The notes under the pieces: model-generated
What the model was told of the DNA's origin: nothing
The model's database searches: none
Seen by the model: only the letters and a program-made list of their open reading frames with translations
Program-made: the position numbers and the translations under genes
Shown: piece after piece, positions 44,129-53,525 of the stretch
Numbering within the stretch: the stretch's first letter is position 1
Layout: every line of letters begins with the position of its first letter
Assembly: GCA_000991405.1 (NCBI GenBank)
Contig: LBRL01000001.1
Location: forward strand, 527,989-591,988
From: Candidatus Nomurabacteria bacterium GW2011_GWD2_36_14
GTDB lineage: Bacteria; Patescibacteriota; Minisyncoccia; Phycocordibacterales; UBA9973
Direction: 5' to 3'
DNA length: 64,000 nt

Positions 44129-45958
44129 ATGTCATTATTTTCATCAATATTTAAAAAAGGGGATGATAAAAAGCCACAGGGTCAAGTGATGCCTGTCTTG
44201 CCTACGGAAATATACAAGGCGGCAAATCTGGAACTCCAAGACGTCATTGCTCCTTCGGCTCTACAAATAACTCCAAAAGGTATTAACCTTGGGGACAAGA
44301 TAGCACGAACCTTCTTCGTTATTTCCTATCCTCGATACTTAACCGACAACTGGTTCTCACCGATTGTGAACCTCGACAAAGTCTTCGATGTATCTATATT
44401 CATCCACCCTATTGAAACTGCAGATATATTGAGATCATTCCAAAAGAAGGTAGCTGAGGTTCAAAGTCAGATATCTGTACGAGAGGCGAAGGGTCTAGTA
44501 CGTGACCCAATGCTCGATACTGCCTATCAAGACTTAGAAGGACTTCGCGATAACTTGATGCAGGCTCAGGAGAAAATGTTTGACGTAGGACTATATATTA
44601 CAGTCTATGCCGACAACGAGAACGACATGTTCAAAATAGAAAGTGAGATCAAGTCCCTTCTTGACTCCAAGCTTGTATATATAAAGCCCGCTCTCTTCCA
44701 GCAAGACGAAGGGTTCAAGAGCGTCATACCACTTGGTATGGACGTGCTGGGTATACACCAGAAGCTCAACACTGAGCCACTTTCTAGTCTCTTCCCATTT
44801 GTGTCTTTCGACCTTACTTCTGATAAGGGAATTCTATATGGGGTAAACAGACACAATAGTAGTCTTATCATCTTTGATAGATTCTCTCTACCAAACTACA
44901 ACTCCATTACTTTCGCAACAGCTGGAGCTGGTAAGTCGTATGCAACCAAGCTTGAGATTATTCGTACACTCATGTTCGATGCAGAAGTCATAGTCATAGA
45001 CCCCGAAAGAGAGTATGAATACCTAGCAGAAGCAATAGGGGGTAGATACTTCAATATTTCACTTTCTTCCGATCACCACATCAACCCTTTCGACCTTCCT
45101 ATCCCTAGACCAGATGAAACTGCGGCTGATGTACTTCGTGCCAATACTATTAATCTTGTAGGACTCTTCCGCATAATGCTAGGAGGACTGACTCCTGAAG
45201 AAGATTCTATAATCGACAGAGCTATTACCGAGACTTATGCCTTGAAAGATATAACAGCCGAATCCAACTTTGCCAACATTGAGCCACCACTACTTTCAGA
45301 CTTTGAAGTCGTACTGGCAGGAATGGATGGAAGTAACTCCCTTATACAACGTCTTACCAAGTATACTCACGGTTCTTGGGCTTCGTTTATAAACAAACCT
45401 TCCAATGTAGATATCAATCGCAAATTCGTCGTCTTCTCTGTTCGAGATATGGAGGACGAGCTTAAACCTGTGGCTATGTATATAGTTACTCACTTCATAT
45501 GGAATGCTGTCCGCAAGACTCTTAAGAAGAGACTCTTAGTCGTTGACGAGGCTTGGTGGATGATGAAGTCAGAAGACACAGCTTCGTTCCTATACTCTAT
45601 TGCCAAGAGAGGGCGTAAATACTATCTAGGACTTGCCACTATTACTCAGGACGTAGGAGACTTCATGAAGAGTCCTTATGGAGTGCCTATTGTGACCAAC
45701 TCTTCTATTCAACTTCTACTTAAACAGTCGCCGGCCACTATCGACGTCCTTCAGAAGACTTTCAACCTGACAGATGAGGAGAAGTACTTGCTTCTGGAAG
45801 CCAATGTGGGAGAGGGTATCTTCTTCGCAGGACTAAAGCACGTCGCAGTGAAGACTATTGCCTCGTATACAGAAGACCAGATCATTACCTCTGATCCTTC
45901 GCAAATCTTGGCCATTAGAAAAGCCAAGGATGATCTTGAAATGGCGGGAGGAAAGTAA
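44129..45958 (+). CDS. virB4: VirB4-like T4SS ATPase
   Basis: Walker A ATAGAGKS, IDPEREY, INPFD, Walker B VVDEAW, KRGRKY..TITQD. Confidence 0.9.
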   Translation: MSLFSSIFKKGDDKKPQGQVMPVLPTEIYKAANLELQDVIAPSALQITPKGINLGDKIARTFFVISYPRYLTDNWFSPIVNLDKVFDVSIFIHPIETADILRSFQKKVAEVQSQISVREAKGLVRDPMLDTAYQDLEGLRDNLMQAQEKMFDVGLYITVYADNENDMFKIESEIKSLLDSKLVYIKPALFQQDEGFKSVIPLGMDVLGIHQKLNTEPLSSLFPFVSFDLTSDKGILYGVNRHNSSLIIFDRFSLPNYNSITFATAGAGKSYATKLEIIRTLMFDAEVIVIDPEREYEYLAEAIGGRYFNISLSSDHHINPFDLPIPRPDETAADVLRANTINLVGLFRIMLGGLTPEEDSIIDRAITETYALKDITAESNFANIEPPLLSDFEVVLAGMDGSNSLIQRLTKYTHGSWASFINKPSNVDINRKFVVFSVRDMEDELKPVAMYIVTHFIWNAVRKTLKKRLLVVDEAWWMMKSEDTASFLYSIAKRGRKYYLGLATITQDVGDFMKSPYGVPIVTNSSIQLLLKQSPATIDVLQKTFNLTDEEKYLLLEANVGEGIFFAGLKHVAVKTIASYTEDQIITSDPSQILAIRKAKDDLEMAGGK

Positions 45959-45999
45959 GTTGTGGATATAGTATCTCTATCGTATAATATAAAGAGATA

Positions 46000-46995
46000 A
46001 TGATGAATAATAAATTCATAAAAATTTTAGGAATAATTATGGTAATAAGCATACTTTCTATGCCATCTTTTTCTTTGGCTGAATCTGAAATATCTATACG
46101 TGAAAGTGACATAGATGTACAAATGTGGCCAGAAATTCCAGAGCCTTATCAAGATGTAAACATAAAGCTAGTAAGTTATGCTACAGACTTAAACAAGGCA
46201 ATCATTGAATGGAGAGTGGGCTCAAATATAGTACTTTCTGGATATGGAAAAATAAACTATTCAATGAAAGCTCCGGGCCCAAATATAACTACAAATATTA
46301 TATTATCTATAACTCCAGTAAATTCTATTAGTAAAATAATAAAACAAATTGTAGTACAACCCTCAGATATAGAGGTACTATGGGAAGCAGTTGATGGGTA
46401 TACGCCACCTTTCTATAAGGGTAAGTCTTTAATATCAAAGGAGGGAACTATAAAATTGGTAGCAATACCAAACTCTTCAACTATTAAAAGCGGTAGGGGA
46501 AATATTTCATACAAATGGATGAGGGACGACGCAACAGTAGAAGAGGTATCGGGATATAACAAAGATTCATATATATTTGAAAATAATGTCCTCAAATCAA
46601 ATGAGACTATAAACTTAACTGCTTCTTCTGTAGACGGATCATATAATGCAAATAAAAATTTAGATATACCTATATACTCTCCTAAGGTATTATTCTACAA
46701 AAAGTCTCCTACAGAGGGAGTGCAGTATAATAAAGTACTAGATAGTAATACAATCTTTACAGGAGACGAAATGACTATAGTGGCAGAGCCCTACTTCTTG
46801 GCAATAAAAGGGAATGAAAATTTGTTTAATTATACTTGGAATATAAATGGCGATCCTATAAAAACTCCCTCAAAGAAAACAGAGCTTACTATTCGCCCAA
46901 CAGCAAGAGGAGGGTATGCCAATATTGACGTGACTTTGGAAAATGTTAACAAGATTTTCCAAAAAGTTTCTGGGGCATTAAAATTAACACTATAA
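46000..46995 (+). CDS. Secreted protein with Ig-like beta domains
   Basis: Signal peptide; repeated Y.W beta-sandwich pattern; YTPPFYKGK. Confidence 0.75.
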   Translation: MMNNKFIKILGIIMVISILSMPSFSLAESEISIRESDIDVQMWPEIPEPYQDVNIKLVSYATDLNKAIIEWRVGSNIVLSGYGKINYSMKAPGPNITTNIILSITPVNSISKIIKQIVVQPSDIEVLWEAVDGYTPPFYKGKSLISKEGTIKLVAIPNSSTIKSGRGNISYKWMRDDATVEEVSGYNKDSYIFENNVLKSNETINLTASSVDGSYNANKNLDIPIYSPKVLFYKKSPTEGVQYNKVLDSNTIFTGDEMTIVAEPYFLAIKGNENLFNYTWNINGDPIKTPSKKTELTIRPTARGGYANIDVTLENVNKIFQKVSGALKLTL

Positions 46996-47001
46996 TACTT
47001 G

Positions 47002-47097
47002 TCCCGTTAGAAGTCTTGATTATTATGAGAACAAACATAAACATGAAAGAATACAAAAAAACAACAAAAAAATTATTAAATACCTCTTCTAATGGGA
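47002..47097. mobile_element. 96-bp MITE-like element with TCCCGTTAGAAG TIRs
   Basis: TCCCGTTAGAAG / CTTCTAATGGGA (1 mismatch); TG on both flanks. Confidence 0.6.
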
Positions 47098-48617
47098 TGA
47101 AAAAAATCTTTTCTAAAATAATAATATCCTTTGTTTTGTTTAGTTTTATTATTCCTTTGTCAATAAATTTAAATAGGAGTGAAGTTTTGGCGGCTGAAAC
47201 TTGGTATTATACAAGGTTAGGTGATATAGGATACACTGAAAGGGTAAATTCCATAGATTATGCAATGGAATCTGATTGTCTAAAAGATCTTAAAAGCGTT
47301 CATTCAAGTCGAGAACCTAGTACTGTTTGTTATAAAAAAAATGTCGTTGTTCAAACAGAGAATAATACAGAAGGAACATATTGGTTTAGGGACATGGATA
47401 ATGCCTTCAGGGGAACATTAGGCCCGCTTAAACTTCCCGGTTTTACAACATCACAAGAATGTGAGAATGCAAAAAATACATATTGGGGTCCAAATTCTAA
47501 TAATGCCGCCAGTAAATTACCTTGTTATTTAATATCTAGTGAACAGGTACTTTTAAATTTTGAGCTCGAAAAACAAAAAAACGCAAAAATGCCAGGTGAT
47601 GATTCTGTGCCAATCACTCCCAAAATCGGAGCAACGGAAAATAATAATATTTACAAAATGCTAGTACCTCTGCCGGGGATTACTTGTATGGATAATACGG
47701 GTAAAGATCCAAGCTGTATCGGAAACAATGTAGGGACGTATTTAAATTTTATCTTCAAATTTGGTATTGGACTATGTGCAGCGCTTGCAGTAGTCATGCT
47801 TATAATCTACGGTATTACATATATGGGGGATGAATCAATCTTTGGTAAGACTGAGGCAAAGAAGAAAATGTTTGGAGCTATCATAGGGCTTATAATTGCA
47901 ATAGGTGGCTGGGCACTTCTAAACACAATCAACCCAGACCTGACGGGGAAGAATGGATTGGTAATCGATTCGGTAGAGGTTAAAGCTCGTACAGATGATC
48001 CTGATTTTATTCAAAACATTTCTTCTCTTGATACAAAAAATGTAACTGCATTAAGTTTTAGTGATCCATTATTTAAAGGATATTTAGCTCATCAACAAGG
48101 ACCTGCAGGTGCTGCTGCTATTATTTGGGCTACAAGCAAGGGATTGAATGAGGTTCCAAGTGATAATCCTTTCACAAACTCACCTGTAAATACAAATATG
48201 AAGAGTAATTTCCCTGCAACAGATGCAACTAAAGTAATAGGTACTTCTGTTTTAACCCCAGCAAACTTCTTAAGATACTGGTCGTTAAAAACAGCCGCAG
48301 CAAAAGCAAAAACTGGTCCAATTTTCCCCGCTATTGAGGCTGCATTAAAAAAAGTTTCTTCTGAGACAGGGGTACCTCTGGAGACTCTGGTGGCAATCTG
48401 TCGAATAGAATCTGCTGCTGGCTGTACAAACGAAAGCTCTATAACAAAATCAAATGGTAGCTTTCAGGGATTATTTCAAATAGGTAGTGCGGCGTGGAAT
48501 GATTATGGAAATAAAAATGGAAATATACTTGACCCATATGAAAACGCACTTGCCGCAGCTAAATACTACAAATCTAATCTTCAATCTATACAAAATTTAT
48601 TATCAAAAAATAGCTAA
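47097..48617 (+). CDS. T4SS pilin-like domain fused to a lytic transglycosylase-like domain
   Basis: Signal peptide from ATG 47097; VirB2-like hairpin ending LLNTINPDL; IES, GLFQ, DPYENA and YLAHQQG motifs. Confidence 0.75.
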   Translation: MKKIFSKIIISFVLFSFIIPLSINLNRSEVLAAETWYYTRLGDIGYTERVNSIDYAMESDCLKDLKSVHSSREPSTVCYKKNVVVQTENNTEGTYWFRDMDNAFRGTLGPLKLPGFTTSQECENAKNTYWGPNSNNAASKLPCYLISSEQVLLNFELEKQKNAKMPGDDSVPITPKIGATENNNIYKMLVPLPGITCMDNTGKDPSCIGNNVGTYLNFIFKFGIGLCAALAVVMLIIYGITYMGDESIFGKTEAKKKMFGAIIGLIIAIGGWALLNTINPDLTGKNGLVIDSVEVKARTDDPDFIQNISSLDTKNVTALSFSDPLFKGYLAHQQGPAGAAAIIWATSKGLNEVPSDNPFTNSPVNTNMKSNFPATDATKVIGTSVLTPANFLRYWSLKTAAAKAKTGPIFPAIEAALKKVSSETGVPLETLVAICRIESAAGCTNESSITKSNGSFQGLFQIGSAAWNDYGNKNGNILDPYENALAAAKYYKSNLQSIQNLLSKNS

Positions 48618-48624
48618 TTAATAA

Positions 48625-49824
48625 ATGCCCAGAAAAACAAAAATTATTTTAATATCAGTGTTCATATTTGTTATAGCAGTTTTGCTTGGTGTTTATTTCT
48701 ATAACAAAAGTAAAACTCCAAATACTGTGGATCCAAATGCAGGCTTCTACCAAAAGTTCAATCCATTTGGAACAAGCACCAAGGTAGATAATGGGGGAGA
48801 TACTACAAATACAACTACTGATAATGTAGACACAACCCTAAAAGTGAATTCAAGATTTCACAAACTCACAGACTTCGCAGTAGCTGGAGCAACATCATTC
48901 GAAGACACAAGGGATGAGGCTACAGTACCATCTCTACGCTACGTAGAGCGTGCTACAGGCCATGTATACCAAATGTACCTCGATACAAAAGTTACTGGCA
49001 AGATATCAAACTCTACAATCCCTGGAGTATATGAAACTATATTCGACGGTAAGGCCAACTCGGTCATCTATAGATATGCATCAGAAGACAACAAGTCTAT
49101 TACGAGCTTCCTTGCCACTCTCGGAGGGAAGAGTAGCTTCCTGAATTCAAACATACTAGAAGTTGCTTTGTCTCCTGACAAAAGTAAGTTCTTCTCTGTT
49201 ATAGAAACCACAAATGGAGTCATAGGGGTCACAAAGTCTTTCGAAGAGACTAAGACTAGCCAAGTCTTCACCTCAGCTTTCTCTGAGTGGCTACCACAGT
49301 GGGCGACAACTGGTAATATATATCTGACAACCAAACCTTCATACTTGGTAGAGGGAAGTGTGTTCAACTTAAATATTGCAAATGGAACACTTTCAAAGAT
49401 TCTAGGTAGAGTGCAAGGACTTACAACTCTAGCCAACAAAGATGGTACATCATTGCTTTATGGAGCATCGCTAGACAATGGCCCAAGGCTCAATATTTTC
49501 AATATTAAGAATCATACGTCAGAAGACCTAGGTAAATATGGGCTTCCTGAGAAGTGTGTCTGGAGTAGCGACAATATAAATGTCTACTGTGCTGTACCCA
49601 ATACAATAGTAGGGAACCAGTACCCCGACTCTTGGTACCAAGGAGTTATATCTTTCGATGACTTCTTCGTTAAAATAAATACAGTTACTAAAGAATCTGC
49701 AACTCTAGCTAATTCGAAGGATGAAGTACCTGTAGATGGTACAAATCTATTCTTGAACAAAGATGAGAGTAAATTATTCTTTATAAATAAGAAAGACTCC
49801 ACTTTATGGAGTCTTGACCTCTAA
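48625..49824 (+). CDS. Membrane-anchored beta-propeller-like protein
   Basis: N-terminal TM helix; YVERATGHVY, LPEKCVW..YCAVP..PDSWYQG blocks. Confidence 0.75.
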   Translation: MPRKTKIILISVFIFVIAVLLGVYFYNKSKTPNTVDPNAGFYQKFNPFGTSTKVDNGGDTTNTTTDNVDTTLKVNSRFHKLTDFAVAGATSFEDTRDEATVPSLRYVERATGHVYQMYLDTKVTGKISNSTIPGVYETIFDGKANSVIYRYASEDNKSITSFLATLGGKSSFLNSNILEVALSPDKSKFFSVIETTNGVIGVTKSFEETKTSQVFTSAFSEWLPQWATTGNIYLTTKPSYLVEGSVFNLNIANGTLSKILGRVQGLTTLANKDGTSLLYGASLDNGPRLNIFNIKNHTSEDLGKYGLPEKCVWSSDNINVYCAVPNTIVGNQYPDSWYQGVISFDDFFVKINTVTKESATLANSKDEVPVDGTNLFLNKDESKLFFINKKDSTLWSLDL

Positions 49825-50291
49825 TTGTTTATATCTCCTACATATTTTATTACTACTCTTCTGCTTGGGCCGTATCCTTCGGACTCAGTTTTAATATCGG
49901 GAATACCTTCTAAAAACATATGTATAATGCGACGTTCGTTGGCAGGCATGGGGTCTACTTCTATGTTACTCTTGAAATACTTGGCACGTTCAGCCATCAT
50001 GTGTGCAATATTCTTCAATCCATCAAATCTTTTCTTTTGATAACCATTCACGTCAACAAAAATATTGGATAGCTCGGTCTCTTGTCCTACCGCTTTCTCT
50101 ACAATTTTTCTAACAAGATGATTGAGGGATCTTAGTGTTTCTCCTTCGCGTCCAATCATGAATCTGGAGTCGGGGGTCTCTATCATACACCAGAGCATAT
50201 TACCCTCAAGAGCTATCTCAAGCTTGGAGATAGTACAAGCTGTGTGCTTGAAAATATCTTCTATTGTGGATTTAATTATTGCTTCATTCAT
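49821..50291 (-). CDS. jag: Jag/KhpB-like KH-R3H RNA-binding protein (short)
   Basis: IGREGETLRSL KH motif; ERRIIH R3H motif; follows yidC. Confidence 0.9.
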   Translation of the reverse strand: MNEAIIKSTIEDIFKHTACTISKLEIALEGNMLWCMIETPDSRFMIGREGETLRSLNHLVRKIVEKAVGQETELSNIFVDVNGYQKKRFDGLKNIAHMMAERAKYFKSNIEVDPMPANERRIIHMFLEGIPDIKTESEGYGPSRRVVIKYVGDINN

Positions 50292-50299
50292 ATATTTAA

Positions 50300-51034
50300 T
50301 TAATTATTCTCTAATGATCTTCGAATGTACCATTCTTGAATTATAGTGAATATATTACTTATAACAAAATATAATGCAACTGCAGCAGAAATTTGCCATG
50401 AAATGAAAACAATAAATATAGGCAATATGTACTTGATGTTGGTCTGCATGCTTCCCGAAAGTTCATCTTGAAAGCTTTTGACTTCTGGTGTTGCCCCAGC
50501 AGGAATAACTTCAACCTTTGGTTGAACAGGGGAGGCAAGGTAGCCTTGGATAAATTGAGTAATACCGGCTAGAATGGCTAGCACAAGGCTCTTGCCACCA
50601 AGCTCAATAAGTCCCAAGAAGTTGGTATTCATAGCTGTAGGCTTGGCTATGAAGGTATATATGGCACCTGTATCAAGAGATAGCCCCTTAAGAAATACAT
50701 AATACAATGCAAAGATAACTGGAAGCTGTATAAGTACGACAATACATCCTGAAAAGGGATTGGTGCCGTATTTCTTGTATAATTCAAAGGTTTTCTTGGC
50801 TTGTTCCTCTTTGTTTGGGAAGTCTTTCTTTATCTGCTTGATCTCGGGTTCCATCTTCTTCATAAGTATCTGGCTCTTTATAGACTTCTTGGTCAAGGGA
50901 GCAAGGGCAAGCTTTATAAGGATAGTAACTAGTATAATAGCAAAACCAACATCACCAAAAGTGACATTGTTTATAATAAAAATAAGGATATTATAAATTG
51001 GCTGATAAAAAATAGAATTCCATATTGCTGACAT
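50300..51034 (-). CDS. yidC: Membrane protein insertase YidC
   Basis: GFAIILVT..PL, NPFSGC..IQLPV, ALYFVISN..QE motifs. Confidence 0.95.
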   Translation of the reverse strand: MSAIWNSIFYQPIYNILIFIINNVTFGDVGFAIILVTILIKLALAPLTKKSIKSQILMKKMEPEIKQIKKDFPNKEEQAKKTFELYKKYGTNPFSGCIVVLIQLPVIFALYYVFLKGLSLDTGAIYTFIAKPTAMNTNFLGLIELGGKSLVLAILAGITQFIQGYLASPVQPKVEVIPAGATPEVKSFQDELSGSMQTNIKYILPIFIVFISWQISAAVALYFVISNIFTIIQEWYIRRSLENN

Positions 51035-51050
51035 TCACCTATTGTAGCAT

Positions 51051-51158
51051 AATAATTAATAATTAAAAATTAATAATTAATAATGTAAAAAACCTAAGCA
51101 AAGCTTAGGTTTTTAGTGTATTGTGTTTAAATTATTAATTATTAATTATTAATTAATT
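51051..51158. repeat. Inverted AATTAAT heptamer arrays enclosing a hairpin
   Basis: (AATTAAT)n .. AAAAACCTAAGCAAAGCTTAGGTTTTT .. (ATTAATT)n. Confidence 0.8.
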
Positions 51159-51359
51159 TAGTGGATCATAGTGCTTCTTCTGCCAAGGGTGACACCTGAG
51201 AATTCTTCTGAAACCCTTATAAATGCCTATAATTGAGCCGTATTTAATAATTGCTTCCTTTGTATATTCTGAACATGTAGGAAGAAAAACACATGAACTA
51301 TGTGACCTGAGGGGAATCTTCTGATAGAGATTTATAAGCTTAATAAATACTTTTTTCAT
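51153..51359 (-). CDS. yidD: Membrane protein insertion efficiency factor
   Basis: C.F.PTCSEY..RILRCHPW..YDP. Confidence 0.95.
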   Translation of the reverse strand: MKKVFIKLINLYQKIPLRSHSSCVFLPTCSEYTKEAIIKYGSIIGIYKGFRRILRCHPWQKKHYDPLN

Positions 51360-51365
51360 GTATAT

Positions 51366-51686
51366 TTATATAATCTTGGCTTTCTTGAGTATTAAGTCTA
51401 TATCCTTCTTGATATCAATAGAGCTTGCTATTAGAGCTTCTTTCTTGTAGAAAAGTATGCCGGCACATGACTTCAAGTCATATGAACGAAGGATATTATA
51501 GCCTTTTCTACGTAGGGAGTTCCTTTTTACGGCTGTTTTCGCGATCTTTTTAGGAGCAACCACAGCGTACTGGGGGGTATCTTGCTTAAGATAGCGCAAA
51601 ATAAAAAACGAGCCAGAAACGACACTTCCTTTATCCATGATATTCTGGAAGACACTTCTAGTAACTCGCTTTTTCTTTGGGAGCAT
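51366..51686 (-). CDS. rnpA: Ribonuclease P protein component
   Basis: MLPKKKRV start at 51686; KKIAKTAVKRNSLRR RNR motif. Confidence 0.92.
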   Translation of the reverse strand: MLPKKKRVTRSVFQNIMDKGSVVSGSFFILRYLKQDTPQYAVVAPKKIAKTAVKRNSLRRKGYNILRSYDLKSCAGILFYKKEALIASSIDIKKDIDLILKKAKII

Positions 51687-51693
51687 AGTAGTG

Positions 51694-51834
51694 TTACTTT
51701 GCAATAGAAACCTTGGCACGACCCTTCTGGCGACGTGCTTTAGTGACCTTTTTACCGCCGGGAGTTTTCGCACGAACTAAGAATCCATGAGTTTTAGCTC
51801 TTTTTCTTTTATTTGGTTGATATGTTTGAGACAT
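51694..51834 (-). CDS. rpmH: 50S ribosomal protein L34 (absent from the ORF track)
   Basis: Translates [46 protein letters not shown]. Confidence 0.97.
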   Translation of the reverse strand: MSQTYQPNKRKRAKTHGFLVRAKTPGGKKVTKARRQKGRAKVSIAK

Positions 51835-51959
51835 ATGCAAAATATATACTATATTTGACAAAAATGCAATATAGACTCAAAACATATCCACATGTTATTA
51901 ACAGCTTAATTAAGACTTTCAATTATTGTGTTTTTTAAAACACAGGTATAATGGGAAAC

Positions 51960-53309
51960 ATGAACACAAAAGAACTCTGGGAAAAGTGCCTTTCTGAGGT
52001 AGAACTAAGCATATCAAAAGCCAACTTTACAACTTGGTTTAAAAATACATCTATCGTTAGAGAAGAGGCGGGAACACTTTATGTGGGAGTTCCAAACGAA
52101 TTTGTAAAAGACTGGCTATACAACAAGTTCCATAAGTTAATATTGAAAACAATAATAGGCCACGAAGAGGGAGTAAGAAGTATAGAATATATAATCCACA
52201 AGAATGATAGCTCTCCTAAAAATATTGAAAATACTATCCTAAAACAAGTTAATATTAATAAAGAACTTCCTTTAAGTGATCTATATTTAAACAAAGACGA
52301 TAACCTAAATCCAAAATACAACTTCAACTCATTTGTCGTTGGTCCTTTCAATGAACTTGCGTATGCTGTGGCCCAAGCGATCATAACAAACCCCGGACAG
52401 AATTACAATCCATTCTTCGTTTATGGTGGTACAGGACTCGGCAAGACACATATGATCCAAGCAATAGGTAATACTATTAAAATAAAACACCCACACAAGA
52501 AGATCTACTACGTCTCTCTAGAACGTTTTGCTATCGACTATATAAATTCAATTGCCAATAAAAACCCAAACTCTTTCAAAGAAAAGTATAGGAAGTATGA
52601 TGTCATCATTATGGACGATATACAATTTATATCTGGTAAAGACAAAACACAAGAAGAACTCTTCCATCTTTTCAATACCTTATACGAAAACAACAAGCAA
52701 ATAATCTTCTCCTCTGATAAACACCCTAACTTCATTCAGGGATTAGAAGATAGACTTCAATCTAGGTTCGCTTCTGGTATGACTGTCCAGATAGTAGAGC
52801 CAGACTATGAATCCAGAGTTGCAATTATAAAGGCCAAATTTGAATCTACTAATTGTATTATAGAAAACGACATAGTTTCCTATTTGGCAGAGATACTGGA
52901 AGGGAATATTCGTGAATTGGAAGGGAGTTTAAACACTATTATCTGCCAGTCTCAACTTAAAAATAAGTCTTTATCTTTAAGTGAAATAAAGCTTCTTATT
53001 AAGAACAATATCAAACCTAAAAAGACTGTAGCTATCAAGGATGTGGTGTCTGTAATAGCCAACCATTATGGAATATCTGACGAAATAATATATGAGAAGA
53101 CTCGCAGGAAAGAAATAGTGAAAGCAAGACAAGTAGCAATGTATATACTTCGTGAGGATTTCAACATCTCATATCCACTCATAGGTAGTAAACTGGGGGG
53201 AAGAGACCATACAACAGCCATACACTCGCACTTAAAAATTAAAGAAGAATTAAAAACAGACCCCGCCCTCTTACAAGAAATAGAAAAGATAAGAATAATG
53301 TTCAAGTAA
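51960..53309 (+). CDS. dnaA: Chromosomal replication initiator DnaA
   Basis: YGGTGLGKTH, DDIQF, RLQSRF, IRELEG, GGRDHTT; ATG 51960 lies 7 nt after TATAAT. Confidence 0.98.
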   Translation: MNTKELWEKCLSEVELSISKANFTTWFKNTSIVREEAGTLYVGVPNEFVKDWLYNKFHKLILKTIIGHEEGVRSIEYIIHKNDSSPKNIENTILKQVNINKELPLSDLYLNKDDNLNPKYNFNSFVVGPFNELAYAVAQAIITNPGQNYNPFFVYGGTGLGKTHMIQAIGNTIKIKHPHKKIYYVSLERFAIDYINSIANKNPNSFKEKYRKYDVIIMDDIQFISGKDKTQEELFHLFNTLYENNKQIIFSSDKHPNFIQGLEDRLQSRFASGMTVQIVEPDYESRVAIIKAKFESTNCIIENDIVSYLAEILEGNIRELEGSLNTIICQSQLKNKSLSLSEIKLLIKNNIKPKKTVAIKDVVSVIANHYGISDEIIYEKTRRKEIVKARQVAMYILREDFNISYPLIGSKLGGRDHTTAIHSHLKIKEELKTDPALLQEIEKIRIMFK

Positions 53310-53525
53310 ATAATAAGGGTGTGGAAAAGATGTGTTTAAAGAAATTAAAAATGTGGACAACTTGATGGATAAATATAAAAGTAATTTTTATTAGAAAATA
53401 ACAAAAATAAAGAAATAAGAAAATTAAAAACAAGATATATAAAATAAAGACATAAAAGTAATCCACATATTCACATATATAATAGTAATAATAGATTATA
53501 TTAATAGATTAATAACAAATACACT
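53310..53525. other. oriC: Probable oriC (dnaA-dnaN intergenic region)
   Basis: DnaA-box-like TGTGGAAAA (53320), TGTGGACAA (53352), TAATCCACA (53459), ATATTCACA (53467), then TAG/TAA trio-like run; more boxes at 51884-51903. Confidence 0.7.

Noticed and set aside
33823-49824. Integrative conjugative element
   Set aside because: No relaxase, coupling protein, integrase or boundary repeats; embedded between core genes
51687-51773. N-terminal extension of the 135-aa rnpA ORF
   Set aside because: It overlaps rpmH in another frame; the true start is ATG 51686
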